Source of the DNA: Paragordius varius
Taxonomy: Eukaryota > Animalia > Nematomorpha
Direction of reading: 5' to 3'
Length of the DNA: 64,000 nt
Assembly: GCA_964247055.1 (NCBI GenBank)
Contig: OZ176053.1
Span: 9,486,001-9,550,000, forward strand
The position numbers were made by a program, and so were the translations under genes. Every line of letters starts with the position of its first letter. The first letter of the stretch is position 1. Positions 1 through 11,992 of this stretch are shown one piece after another. Below the pieces are notes generated by a model. The model had not been told where the DNA came from and did no database searches. It was given only the letters and a program-made list of their open reading frames with translations.

Positions 1-765
1 CTACAAAAGAGTAAGACCGATATTAGCGTTTATTTTAACTATCATTTACAAGGAAAGTATTTAAAAAATTGGTTGTTAATTCTTTATTTACAAATTTTCG
101 GATACTGATATCTGTTAAAGGCATCTCATTAATGTATTTCATACTTTTAACCAACACAGTGTACCGATCAAAATTAGAACTTCTTTTTAAATTATAAGAT
201 TTTAAAATTTCCGCATCTCAAAGTTGCAAAAAAATTTCATCTCAACATTTTTGTAATATTTATTTTTTATAGGGCAGTTACTTTTTATACAAACCCGATA
301 AATAACCGATAACCTTGTTTATACCGTTTTGCATAACCTTTAAAAACGAGCGGTACTGCTGCATTGAAAAAACAGAAGTTTTCAATAATTTTGAACACTC
401 TCACCACGCAAGAGATATTTGAAAATTTATTATAGCGAAAAACCATTTTTAGATGCAATAATGGTTAAATGTTCTATATCCGCAAGTTATAGGCACACAA
501 CTATTTAATGTTATAAAGTAATTCGGTTAAAACACATATTTTTACATTAAAACTTTGCAAAATGGCCCTTGACCAGAATTATTTTTTATTGACCTTTTTT
601 GTATTTACATTTAATTTAAAAATGACCGATTGTGAGAAGAGAAAAGGGACAATTGTTATGTGTGTCATTTCTATAATTTATTTTTAAAAACCTTTAAAAC
701 TGTTGGTTGTCATATTATGATGAAAAAATATTTTGTTTTTAGGTCAATGTCTTCCACAAAAGTTC

Positions 766-941
766 TATAAAAGTCAAAAAATTTGTGGATAAATAATTCA
801 TAATTTTTTACATTTTCTTAATTTAAATTATAAAAAATATTTTATTCTTTAAACAGGTGATTTTTTGCTTGATTTATGCCTAAATGTTTTTCTAAATATA
901 TGTAATATCGTAAGAACTGTCTATTTTTCTAACGCGTTTAG
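766..941 (+). promoter_or_regulatory. Possible TATA box and 5'-UTR intron of the collagen gene
   Basis: TATAAAAG near 766; AG|GTGA donor at 857, CTAAC branch-like motif near 929 and TTTAG acceptor at 941, 8 nt before the ATG. No transcript evidence. Confidence 0.35.
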
Positions 942-949
942 ACTAAACA

Positions 950-3900
950 ATGGGTAAATTTTTGGGCGTGGGTCCACATTGTCAACAACAAGAGGAGCGT
1001 AATGGAAGTCATTCCAATGTTTTATTAATTTCATTCATGTCCTTTTTATGCATTGCCTTGGCATGTTGTGTCATGATCCCAATGTTTTATTATCAAATCG
1101 ATAAAATTAAAGTGGATCAATCTGTTATGATTCAAAATTTGAAGGGTAAAATGGCACAAAAACAACAAGTTATTGGCCTTTTGCACATGAGAATCTCTGG
1201 ATTAAAGGTTTAAATAATATTTTAATATTTAAATTTTGTTGAAATTATATCAAACCATAATAAATTTTAACTTAATTGGCTAGGAGGAATTGGGAAACAA
1301 TGTCGAAGAACCTATAAAAAATGATGCCGATCAAATCATGTTGAGAAAAAAACGAGGGACTTATGAGCGTCCAGTTAGTCCCTTTTCCTACCATAAAGTC
1401 GGTAAGTTTGATTTTAATTGATAAATATTTGTTTAAATATTTTTCAATTAATTAGCGTATCGCATCTCTGTTATTCTGTTACTGTAAAATATTTGCAAGA
1501 CAAAACGCATAAACTAAAAGACAAATATTTTTTTTAAAAAGATAGCCATACTCTTTACCCTAATTTTTATAAACCTTTATGATTAGAATCGTTGAAAGCA
1601 TAATTCACAGTGTTACTAATTTACATCTCTAATCCATATTAAAAAATTATGGTTTATAAAAGTATGGTTTATTTGAAAATTATTTGTCATAGCTTTTACG
1701 TTCTGCCTTTATAATATATATTTTTACTGCATAACACGATGTAGAGGCTTGTAAGGAATGTGCAGATGGGAAACCAGGGCACCGTGGAAAGGCCGGAGGA
1801 CCTGGTAAGCCAGGAAGACCCGGAAATCCTGGACACAAGGGTGGAGATGGAAGGGCCGGAAATCCAGGAAATGCTGGCGCACCAGGAAGAGACGGAGGAC
1901 CGGTATATGAATAAAATAATAATCCACTTATTATTACAAATCCATTTATCATCTAAAAATATTTGAATCGAAACATCGTAAAGTAAAAAGAACTAGACAA
2001 TCTTTATAATACTATCTTTGTATAAAACCTTTAATAATGAATATTGTATTTCATTGCATTCTTCTTAATTAAAAATTAAGCAAATTACCAATCATTTTCT
2101 AAATTTTATGTTGTAACTTAATTAGGGAACCGGTGGTTATCCTGGAAAAGATGGCGCACCAGGAAGGGACGGTAAACCAGGTGCCCCAGGGCGCAAAGGT
2201 AACGATGGTCGACCTGGAAACAACGGAGCTCCTGGAAACAGTGTTTACCAACCGGTAACCTACTTTTCTTATATTAACCATTTCTTGTAGGTTTTAAACA
2301 AATTTTTATTTATGGATTTATTTTAGGGACCTACTGGTATCCCAGGTAAACCCGGAGATGCTGGATCCCCAGGTAAAGCTGGTATAAATGGAAAACCCGG
2401 AATCAGAGGTTCAGATGGAAAACCTGGGAACCCTGGTAGTGCTGGTGCTCAGGTATATATTGAAAATAATTTTGTGTTTATCTTCTTTTTTGCCCTTTAA
2501 CATGAAATACCATTGTATTTAGGGACCAGCAGGAGGTCCTGGCAAAAAGGGCAATGATGGTGCACCTGGCGTACCCGGTAAAAATGGAGCCGATGGCTTA
2601 GATGGAGTTCCAGGAAAAGCTGGAATCCCTGGTAAACCGGGTCCAAAAGTATAATTTATAAATATATTTTAATCCTTTTTCCATTTATTTAATCTTCGAA
2701 TAATTGGCACTTCTATGATAAGTTATTTGAGTATATAGCGTAAATTATATTTGGCAACATTATAAAGTAGAAAAATAAATCTAATTAATAAAATTTTGTG
2801 CATTAAAGGGAAGACGCGGAAACAATGGTGGTGATGGTACCCCTGGTAACTCTGGATCCCCTGGAAATGATGGAGCTCCTGGTAAAGATGGATCACCTGG
2901 ATCCGCTGGTGCCCCAGGAATCGATGGCGCTCCGGTAAATTTATTTTAATAAATTATTACAAAAGGATGTTTCAGAATTTTTAAAATCAATAATACCAAA
3001 AAGAATTAGGGTAAATTTTATTAGAAACATATATTACTCCATTTAAAAATATTAGGGACCCTCTGGGAATCCAGGAAAAGCTGGTGCTGATGGCAATCCA
3101 GGATCGGCTGGTGGTCCCGGACAAAGAGGGTCAGATGGGAATCCAGGGAACGATGGCAATCCCGGAGCAGATGGGCATCCCGGATCTCCGGGCCCAGCGG
3201 GTGGAGATGGGAAACCTGGTGTAGATGGCAAGAGCGGTCAAGACGGATTACCAGGTTTGTATTTATTCAATTACCACTTTAAAAGGGACCCAAATTTTTA
3301 AATGATGCGAATTTCCTTTTTACGGTGAATTATTCTAGCCATGCTAACAATAAATTATTTAAATATTTTTTAAATAGGTGCTGATGGTTCGCCTGGAAAC
3401 CCTGGTGCTCCAGGCAATAGTCCAGGGCCAAAGGGGCACCCCGGAAAGCCAGGATCAGATGGTCGCCCGGGCGCCGATGGACAACCAGGAAATAGAGGTG
3501 TAAATGGGAATGATGGTATTCCGGGAAAAGACGGTGTATCTGGTGTAGATGGCGAAAATGTAAATATATTAATATAGATAAACATAATTCTGATACACAT
3601 GTTCCAAAAGTTATTAATTTAAAACGTATAAATTATAGGGACCTGCCGGACCGAGAGGACTTCCGGGAAAACAAGGATCTCCTGGTCGTAACGGAAGCCC
3701 AGGAGGAAGAGGTCAACCGGGAGATCGTGGAGCTGAAGGCCCAGCTGGACCTGACGGAAAACCAGGACGCCATGGTAACCCGGGTCGAGATGGATCCCGT
3801 GGTGGCCCTGGATACCCAGTAATTATTGTTGCATTTTAGAAATGTAAATAGGCTGGTTTAAAGAAAGCCAATATTAATACCAAGTCTATTAAAAATTATA

Positions 3901-4702
3901 AAAAATTCATTATACATAGGGAGATGATGGGCGCCCAGGTAATCCTGGCAGACCAGGTTCAAAGGGTCATCCAGGACGTCCAGGAAACCCGGGACGGAGA
4001 GGATCGCCAGGTAAATCTGGAAGATCTGGAAAGAGAGGCCGAGACGGAAAGCCCGGTAAAAACGACCGTTGTGATTGTAAAAGCGCTAAAGTTGGAAAGG
4101 GTGATGGTACAACAACTTACGTAAGATATGGTCGATCAGATTGTCCTGCAGGAGCTCAAACCCTTTATGAAGGTATTACATAATTCTTATAAAATATTAC
4201 ATATTGTGTACTAAATGTCTAATTGGTTTTAGGTACTATTGCAAGCGGCCACTTTTTCTATACTGGAAGTGGTGGTGGTTATATTTGTCTGCCAACCAAC
4301 CCAGAATTTTTGCAATACACGGAAAAATTCGATTCAAAATCCAAGTTGTTTGGAACAGTGTACAAAACATCTGGGCATGGTCATTTGAAATACGCACACT
4401 TTGATTCCCACATTGCAGTATGTTCCGTTTGTCACATTCGTCGAAATGTTGCCCTGATGATACCAGCTTATACAAGTTGTCCCAATCCATTCCAATTGGA
4501 ATACAAGGGGTATCTTATGTCAGCGCATACGCAAAAAACTCGTACCAGCTATATTTGTGTTGATGAACAACCTCATTCCGGTGGTTCAAACTATGACAAA
4601 GATTTGTCTGTCCTCACAGTGGTAGAAGCTGATTGTGGAATTTTGCCTTGTGACAAATACCCCAGTGGATGTGAATTGTCATGTGTTGTTTGCTCTGCTT
4701 AA
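950..4702 (+). CDS. Membrane-anchored/secreted collagen, 774 aa, with C-terminal spongin short-chain collagen (C4-like) NC1 domain; 12 coding exons
   Basis: join(950-1207,1284-1401,1745-1902,2126-2254,2327-2452,2523-2648,2809-2934,3056-3254,3378-3559,3639-3818,3920-4172,4233-4702) = 2325 nt, all GT-AG, phases consistent. Hydrophobic anchor [24 protein letters not shown], coiled-coil-like stretch, RKKR furin site, CKEC, about 148 Gly-X-Y triplets with two interruptions, CDC, then [11 protein letters not shown]...YICLPTNP...CSVC...[10 protein letters not shown]...EYKGYLMS...YICVD...CGILPC...ELSCVVCSA. Confidence 0.93.
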
Positions 4703-6449
4703 AGCATAAAATATTTTTTGGGAGGGATATTTTTTATAATATGCACTTGTTTATTTTATTATTTACAATTTTTTACGGTTAATATGTTTTTACTTTTATA
4801 AATTAATTAAATAAATAACTGAGCATTTATATGTATAAAATTTATTAATTAAATTTAACTATGGTATTTATTCTCTTCTTGTTTGACTACATATTGAGAC
4901 AGTTATATTAAATTATAAATATTTTTGCAAAAAAAATAAAAAGCGATATTTATAGTAATGTTGGGAACATTAATATATTAAATATGGAATATATAATATT
5001 TAAACGGGAGAAAAGTATTTGGCAAATGTTTGTTTCTGCATTCTAAATCCATATTAACGCAACAAATTTTCATCTCCAATATTTTGACTACTAAAAGAGC
5101 TGTATGGTGGAATGGTTGGCGTGAGCGCTGGTTCATCGCGAATACCCTTTCCAAATGTATCGCCTAAAATGGAAAAAATTCAAATATGAAAGCATAATAC
5201 TAGCTTAGAAATAATAAAAATAATTGTTTGAACAAAACAATTTCTTATATTTTGAACCAGTTTTAAAAAGATCATGTCAAAATATAAACCGTATAACAAT
5301 TAAACACAATGGCTTGTAATTATGACAAATAATGAAAAAAAATTTACCACCTTTTGAGTTATAAAATACATAACATAAAAAATAAATAAATTAATAAGCA
5401 TTCTAGGAAAATAGTAAAACAGTAGTTTTTGTATATAACAAACGAAATATCATTTCGACTGCGTCGATAAAAATGTTAAAACTAATTAAAATGAAATTTA
5501 ATTATAAAACTTTGCAAAAATAATGATATTGTAGGTAAAATGTCAAACCAGAAAAAACCTAAAAATCAAAAATGTAATTTGTTTTTATGATCACCACTAA
5601 TTTTTTTTTAATGTTCAATAACTCAATTTAAACATTTTTGGACGTTTTAATCACCAGAGCGGCGGATGGCTGTGGCGTTATTATTGTATGATTAAATTAA
5701 AATTTATTCTTAAAATTCAATAAATAAAAGTTGTTGTCTTATTTTAATGAGGAATATTAATTTGTCAAATTATGAATTGATAGGGGTAATAAGCATTTTT
5801 TGGAATAATAGAATTATTTAACAACAATAAAGATAAACATAAAATTAAATTAAAACAGTGTTAAAATTAAGAATTTAATAATGGATAAGTCGAACAAATA
5901 CCGTATTTCCTCATCTAATCAAAAGAATGAATCGCATTATAAACAGCATGATTAAAAAAAAATAAGGAAAGAAATAATTAATATATAAAAACCAAATTAT
6001 AATAGGGTATATAGGGGACAAAACTCTATAATTTACGAAATTCTTAACATTTATTACATTTGTTTCATTCCTTTTATAAAATTTAATAACAATCTTTTGC
6101 GATTTAAAATAAGGTCAAAGGCAAATATTGAGCCATGTATTTTTTCCCCACAATCCTGATCAATAAAAAGGGGGACTCTATATTTAATTACATAAAAAAC
6201 AGCTTAAAGTACATAACTTAAATAATAAAAGATTATCAAAATTCAAAATGCGAAAGAAGATATGAAGTTATAAATAATATCAAAAAACATTATTTGGTTT
6301 ATGTTATATTAAAAATATAATATCTGAAAGCTCAGTTGAAGTGTTAATGGTTTAAAATTTCTGGCAATCGGACCAATTTTTATCAAATTTTTTGTTAAGT
6401 AAGATAAAAATAAATGCAACCCTATGCTAATAACAAAATGAAGAGATAA

Positions 6450-8519
6450 TTATAAAATAACCAACTTTTTCATTTCCAAATCCCATTTAATAACCAAGAT
6501 TAAACCTGTATATTGTGGAGTATAGGGTATATTTCCGCCAATATTAGTTGTAAAAGAAGAATAATCGTTCCGAGTACCACCCTCAGGAGCGCTTTTACTA
6601 ATGGGATTTTCTTTAAAAAAATACTGACAACCATCCTAGGTATATAAAAGAAAGAGTAATTTATTTTGCTAAACTTATAAAAAAGATTATACTAAAATAT
6701 GATCGATTGTAATTTACATCGCACTAATATATTCCAAAATTATACAAAAACTGCTTTACATTTGTACTGATTTTTGTAGTTTTTGAAAAAAAATTGTTAT
6801 TTGTAGAGCTTTTTACTGATTTTTACGGTTTAATTTCTTTAATTAAATAATTTAACTGCAAGGATTAGCCAATTGCAAGTTTATGGGAATTTCTTTATAA
6901 AAATACTGACAACCATTCTATGTATATAAAAAAATTAATTTATTTCGCTAAACTTATAAAAAGGATTATAATAAAATATGATCGATTGTATTGGATATCG
7001 CACTAAAATATTCCGAAATTATACAAATGCTTTAAATTTGTATTGATTTTGTGGTTATTGAAAAAAATTTCTTATTTGTAGAGCTTTTTACTAATTTTTA
7101 CGGTTTAATTTCCTTAAAATAATTTAACTGCAAGGATAAGCCAATTGCAAGTCGTGTTTTAACAATATAATGCAAGAGTATTGTGTTTGTACTTATCAGA
7201 TATTAGCCGTATGTATTAAAGTTTAGTTTTTGACCGGAAAAAAGGAGCTAACCGTTTAATGTAGTCATTCACGGTCATAAGCTGTCAACAATAGCAAATA
7301 ACTGAATAAAACAAAAAGATGAATTAATCGAATTCGTCATAATAATTTTACGAAATTAACAATATGATAAACTTTAAATTTACCAATTTTTACACAAAAT
7401 TAAAATTGATTATTATTCTTACAATATGTTTAAAATCTGGTTAATTTTTTGGCAGTCACAGTCAAAAATTTAATAAATAACGATCCACTCCGACCATTGT
7501 GATTATTAGGATATTATTTTTATCTGGTGGAAAAGATTATTATTATTTAGTCCAATGCAAAAATTCAAAAGTAATAACAAGTGAGGAACCTTCCGTGAAT
7601 ATTTACATATAAAATAATAAATATATATAGAATATGATAAAAAATATTTTACTATTATATATATATATCATAAAAAGAAATAGTACCGCTTGAAGTTCCA
7701 AAAAATATCTCCAGAAATCAAGATTCGGAATGAGCTGTATTCCATTGCCAATACCCAACATAAATTTCCGATATAAGATACCAAGGCCAAAATACAAAGA
7801 AGAGATTGTAAAAAACCTAAAACATTAGTTTTCTTATTATACAGTATACACAGAGTTGATCCTGTGCTCCGTTTACCCGATTTTGATTTCTGATGCCCAT
7901 GGTCAACGCAAATCTTTTCATCCCATATTTTGAGCTCAAAAACATACCCACAACTCGGAAATTTATCTGACACGCTAGAGTTTCCATGATGATGATCAAC
8001 CATACGCTTATATTCGTATAAAAAATTAAATAAAGGCTAGAAACTATAGAATTGTTTATACTTTTGATGCTTGTATATCACATATTATGTGTAAATGAGA
8101 TTTCCTGTTTGTACCCTGACAAATATCTTGGTAAGAGTCACCATCAAAATAAATAATTGTATACCAATTATCTAAAATATAAGCTAGTTTTACCTCCGCC
8201 AATTACTTCTATCGAGTCATGGCTACCCAAATTATGATAATACACCCAATCATTATTTATCATTTGATACTGAACAATGGATGCATTAATAGATTTCCCT
8301 TCTATTGGACAATTACAAATTTTCAAATCATATTTCACATTATTTTTAATTGATGTAAACCTAAATTAAAAACATGATATACTTTAAATTTCCAATTTTA
8401 TTAACTTGGGATAACAAAATTTTCATGTTATCGTCATCGCTAAACCTGAGTTTACATTGTCCATTAACAAATGGCAGGAGAGATAGAACTAGCAGGTAAA
8501 AAACCATGCTTCGATTCAT
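6450..8519 (-). CDS. M6PR: Cation-dependent mannose-6-phosphate receptor (P-type lectin, MRH domain + TM + tail), about 307 aa; last exon end uncertain
   Basis: complement(join(6450-6635,7687-7816,7843-8036,8062-8171,8194-8360,8383-8519)). Signal peptide MNRSMVFYLLVLSLLPFVNG; MRH segments ASIVQ, GGDNWYTIIYFDGDSYQDICQGTNRKSHLHIICD, FNFLYEY, CGYVFEL; TM STGSTLCILFFTISSLYFGLGILY; tail IQLIPNLDFW...A|DGC, matching CD-MPR EQFPHLAFW...A|DGC; YSSF sorting motif. A donor at 6505 could add a further exon. Confidence 0.87.
6601..7152. repeat. Direct tandem duplication of about 275 bp (6601-6880 and 6882-7152) covering the M6PR intron-5 acceptor and the start of exon 6
   Basis: Both units read atggga.tttcttta.aaaaatactgacaaccat.cta.gtatataaaa...gagctttttact.atttttacggtttaatttc.tt...aactgcaaggat.agccaattgcaagt. 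Confidence 0.92.
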
Positions 8520-8689
8520 ACGAAGATATGAAGCTACGAAATATCGATTGACAAAATAATAAGAAAACAATGAAAAATGCAGTGTTGATTTGCTATAAAA
8601 AATTAATTTCTTAAAAAAATGCTTTTATTTTTATGCACCGGAATTTTTTTGACCACTACGCTTAACGATACAAACATTTATAAATACAG

Positions 8690-10050
8690 TGTACAAAATC
8701 CGGGGGGGGGGGGAATATCTAAAGAAATATATGATAGATAAATCTATCAGTCTCATTATGGTTTTGGTATTAGGCCAAATGAAGAATTTTAAAAATTAAT
8801 TACCATTTTTGCGAAAATTGGTCAATATCAAAAAATCGAAAATTTGGAGCTCATTATTCGGATTTTTTTGCGATATAATTTTTAGAATTCTTAAGATACA
8901 TCATATACTAAAATTAAAAAAATATCTTGTTAATTTTTAATTTTTAGATGTCATCGAATGTCTCAAATTTCTGGCCCCCTCTAAAAAAATTAGTTTTCTC
9001 AAAATAACGCAAAAATGCAGCCATCTCGCGAAAGATATTAACACTTTGATACAACACATTCATTTTAGTCCTTCGATTTATGATGGATGGATACCCCAGG
9101 CCTGCTTAAAATTACTCGAACCATGCCAAAAGTTTGCATTTATATAGCATTATAAAACCGATAGATAAAAACATTATTCAAAAATACTTAATAGTTATAA
9201 TAAGGTAAAACCCAGTAAAAATTTAGTCAACCTGACATGTGTACATTAGGTAAATATAAAAATCATACAAACTATGTTAGATGTAATTTAAATAAAAAAA
9301 TGAGCTTTAATTTAAGCTTTAAAATTAAATAAATAGGATATACAAAAACGTTGTAAAATAAAAAAGGCGCTCAAGTAGTTTGATATGGAACTTATTTTCC
9401 AAAAACTAAATTTTAGTGAGATATTTCTGGTTATTTATATAGTTTTTATGAGGATAGAAGCATAAATTCGTTTCTTTCAGTAGTTTTTTTAAAATATAAA
9501 ATTGAATATTGAATTTAGATACCCCAATTTGAATCGAAATGTTAATATATGAGAGTTGATATGATGCTGAACATATCTATGATCTCAAAATTTTAATTTT
9601 TTGTTTATAGTTAAAATTAAAATATGTTTATCAAAATACTTGTTGTCAAACAAATAGTTTTACGGATTCTGAGGTGATAGAAGCTAGAGAGTTACGTGGA
9701 TAATTTGAAATACTTTTTAGTTCTTTTATTGCATTTCCGCTATGTTCTAATATGCCATAAAATAGGTTACAGTAAATGGGCTAAAATTTAATAAAAAAAC
9801 ATTATTTGTGATGTCGTAATCTAGAATCGGCGGTTTGTGTATATTTTTAAAAAACTTCCTTTAGAATATGTTAAAATTTCAGAATTTCGAAGCCCATTAA
9901 TGCTGAAATTTCATAGAATATTGCTTTGCTCTTTATAGTGTATGATGTATTTTTAAAATATTTGGAGGGAAGCATATAGATTTTACCAAAACAAATTATT
10001 TATGTGCACGATTTTTTTTATCGAGCAATAACTAAATGTATATGATTTCC
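8690..10050. mobile_element. Interrupted copy of the about 1-kb foldback (long-TIR) non-autonomous element
   Basis: Poly-G run then atcag..tcattatggttttgg.att.ggcc, aaataacgcaaaaatgc and atgatgctgaacat motifs shared with the 36.7-37.8 kb copy; boundaries approximate. Confidence 0.5.
9042..9541. mobile_element. piggyBac-like MITE flanked by TTAA
   Basis: TTAA at 9038-9041 and 9542-9545; ends CACTTTG...GATACCCCAATTTGAATCGAAATG; reverse-orientation homolog of 58877-59437. Confidence 0.65.
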
Positions 10051-11992
10051 TTTAATAAACCTGAGGCCTGAAGCCGGATGCACCATGGAAGTCTTGTGAC
10101 ATGTGGGCATTAGCTAAATATCAAAATAATGCAAAAACCACTTTTTCTGTTTATATCAGTTACGATTGCAGAGCTATATGGATATTACAAACTAAAATTA
10201 AAGTTTTTAGTTCATAAAAAACATTGTTTAATTGAATTTTTGGCAAAATACCTATAATATTTACTACATAGCTTTGGATTCAAACCCTAAACAATTTTAC
10301 ATTTCTGAATTTTGCGCAAAGAGCCATAAAAATGTATATAAAATTTTATTTTTATCATAAAATACTTACCAGTTAAAAAATATTGGGTAACAATTGAGCT
10401 TATTATTTTCTATTTCTCAAAACATTTTTTAAATTTTACGCTATTAAGTTTAAAGGTAGAAAAGTCTATAGTCAACACTGGACGACATTAGCCAATTAGA
10501 GATACACTGCTTTTGATTTTGTTATTGTTTTATTTCAAAAGTTATAATAACTTTTATGTAATAACCAATTTCGAATTCAACACTTGTTATTATTTTTTGA
10601 TTTCGTTAATATTATATATGGGCCAAATGTTTGTATCCTAAGTTTACTTGATTCTAAAATTTCGCATTTTTAGCACAATGTTGCACAACTTGATCTGCCC
10701 AATTCCATGGTGCGGAACAGAATTGTATAGTCAAAGTTATTTTACAGACAAAAAAATGAAAAATAACCCAATAAATATTATAATATATAAATTAATAAAT
10801 TTAGTAAAATTATGGAATTTATATCATTTCCTTTAACCGTAAAATTAACCAGATTCAATTTTATTAAATTTGATTTAAAAAATGTAGGCAAATCTGAATA
10901 TATCTTTCCAAATTTGCCAAAGGTAATACAAATATTAATATTAGCAGTTATATCGTGAGAGTAAATTTTTTACTGTCCCATGATTGAAATATAATTAAAT
11001 TTTAGATGCTCGATAACCCTAATTTATAACTTGAATTCTTCACATTAAAATTTGATTTTTTTTAAACTGAACAAATAACTATTTTTGCGGCTTAATTCTC
11101 ATATTATGCGGATAGAAATTTGGCTTTATTTTTACACACACAGTTTCAGTTTGGTATATCATTTGAACATATTTTCTGTTTCATTTAAATTTGGTGAATG
11201 CAAGGAACCTTTTAAAATTAAAATGACTCATTTTTTAAATATTAAATCTCAAAGCATTAAACTAATAATTAAATTATTTTGCTGCTTTCAGCAAATATTC
11301 TGGATAAAAAATTATTTCACATTTATTTTGGATGTATCGTTGCAAAAGTTTCCTAAAATTTTTGGGGTGTCTTTTATCGGAAGTCCCCAAAAATTTTTAC
11401 TATCAACAACTTAGATCTTGTTTTGATAATCAATGTACGATGGGCGGGAAATACCGCGTGCTTCAGAAACAAATAATTATTTTCAGATCAGCTCCTTGTT
11501 TAACTCCTAATTGTATTTGCTGATTTGACATTTTTCTTTTTATTAGATATCGCCCCTTGTCTGTTTAATGCCATTTCTCTGTCTAAATCAATGGCACTCA
11601 AATCGTGGACTAATTGCTTTATGGCTCTGAATTATTTATTAAATTTTTTGATATAGTTATTTTGCGCATAAATATCTGCAAATGTGTCAAATAACTATGA
11701 AATTTTTATCGGTATTATATGGTGCACGGCACTTGAGATAAGTTGTATAATTTTTGCGGCTCATTAAAATTTTTTAGTGAGCACCACTGGTTCGTCTTTT
11801 TCTCTTAACCTCTACGAGACCCGCATGATTGTTTTTTCCAATTTTTCCGGATGACTTGTTATATTCCATATAAAATTATGTCAAATTCTCGATTCCAAAT
11901 TTTGCAAAATGTATAATTGAGTTTTTATATACATTCTTTATTTAATTTAGAGTTTTTATTTATTATCGATACAATATTGGTAAAAAAATAAG

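Noticed and set aside
1680-4490. Gly/Pro-rich minus-strand ORFs (1680-1952, 2099-2281, 3370-3600, 4236-4490) and shifted plus-strand ORFs (1760-1966, 3924-4124)
   Set aside because: These are shadow frames of the collagen exons; GGN-rich codons produce Pro/Gly-rich antisense ORFs.
5100-5150. GC-richer stretch with vague A-box/B-box similarity (tRNA or SINE)
   Set aside because: No cloverleaf could be folded and the boxes are poor matches.
7560-7600. Possible M6PR exon starting EGSSLV after a non-canonical CACG acceptor
   Set aside because: A canonical acceptor at 6636 gives DGCQYF, which matches the conserved CD-MPR exon start much better.
8007-8061. Alternative 55-nt version of M6PR intron 3
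   Set aside because: It is in frame but would delete PLFNFLYEYK, which contains the conserved binding Glu. The 25-nt acceptor is preferred, though this needs RNA evidence.
11430-11900. Faint RTE-like tail (LEKTIM...) on the minus strand, and similar traces near 41200-41650
   Set aside because: Too decayed to delimit or classify with confidence.
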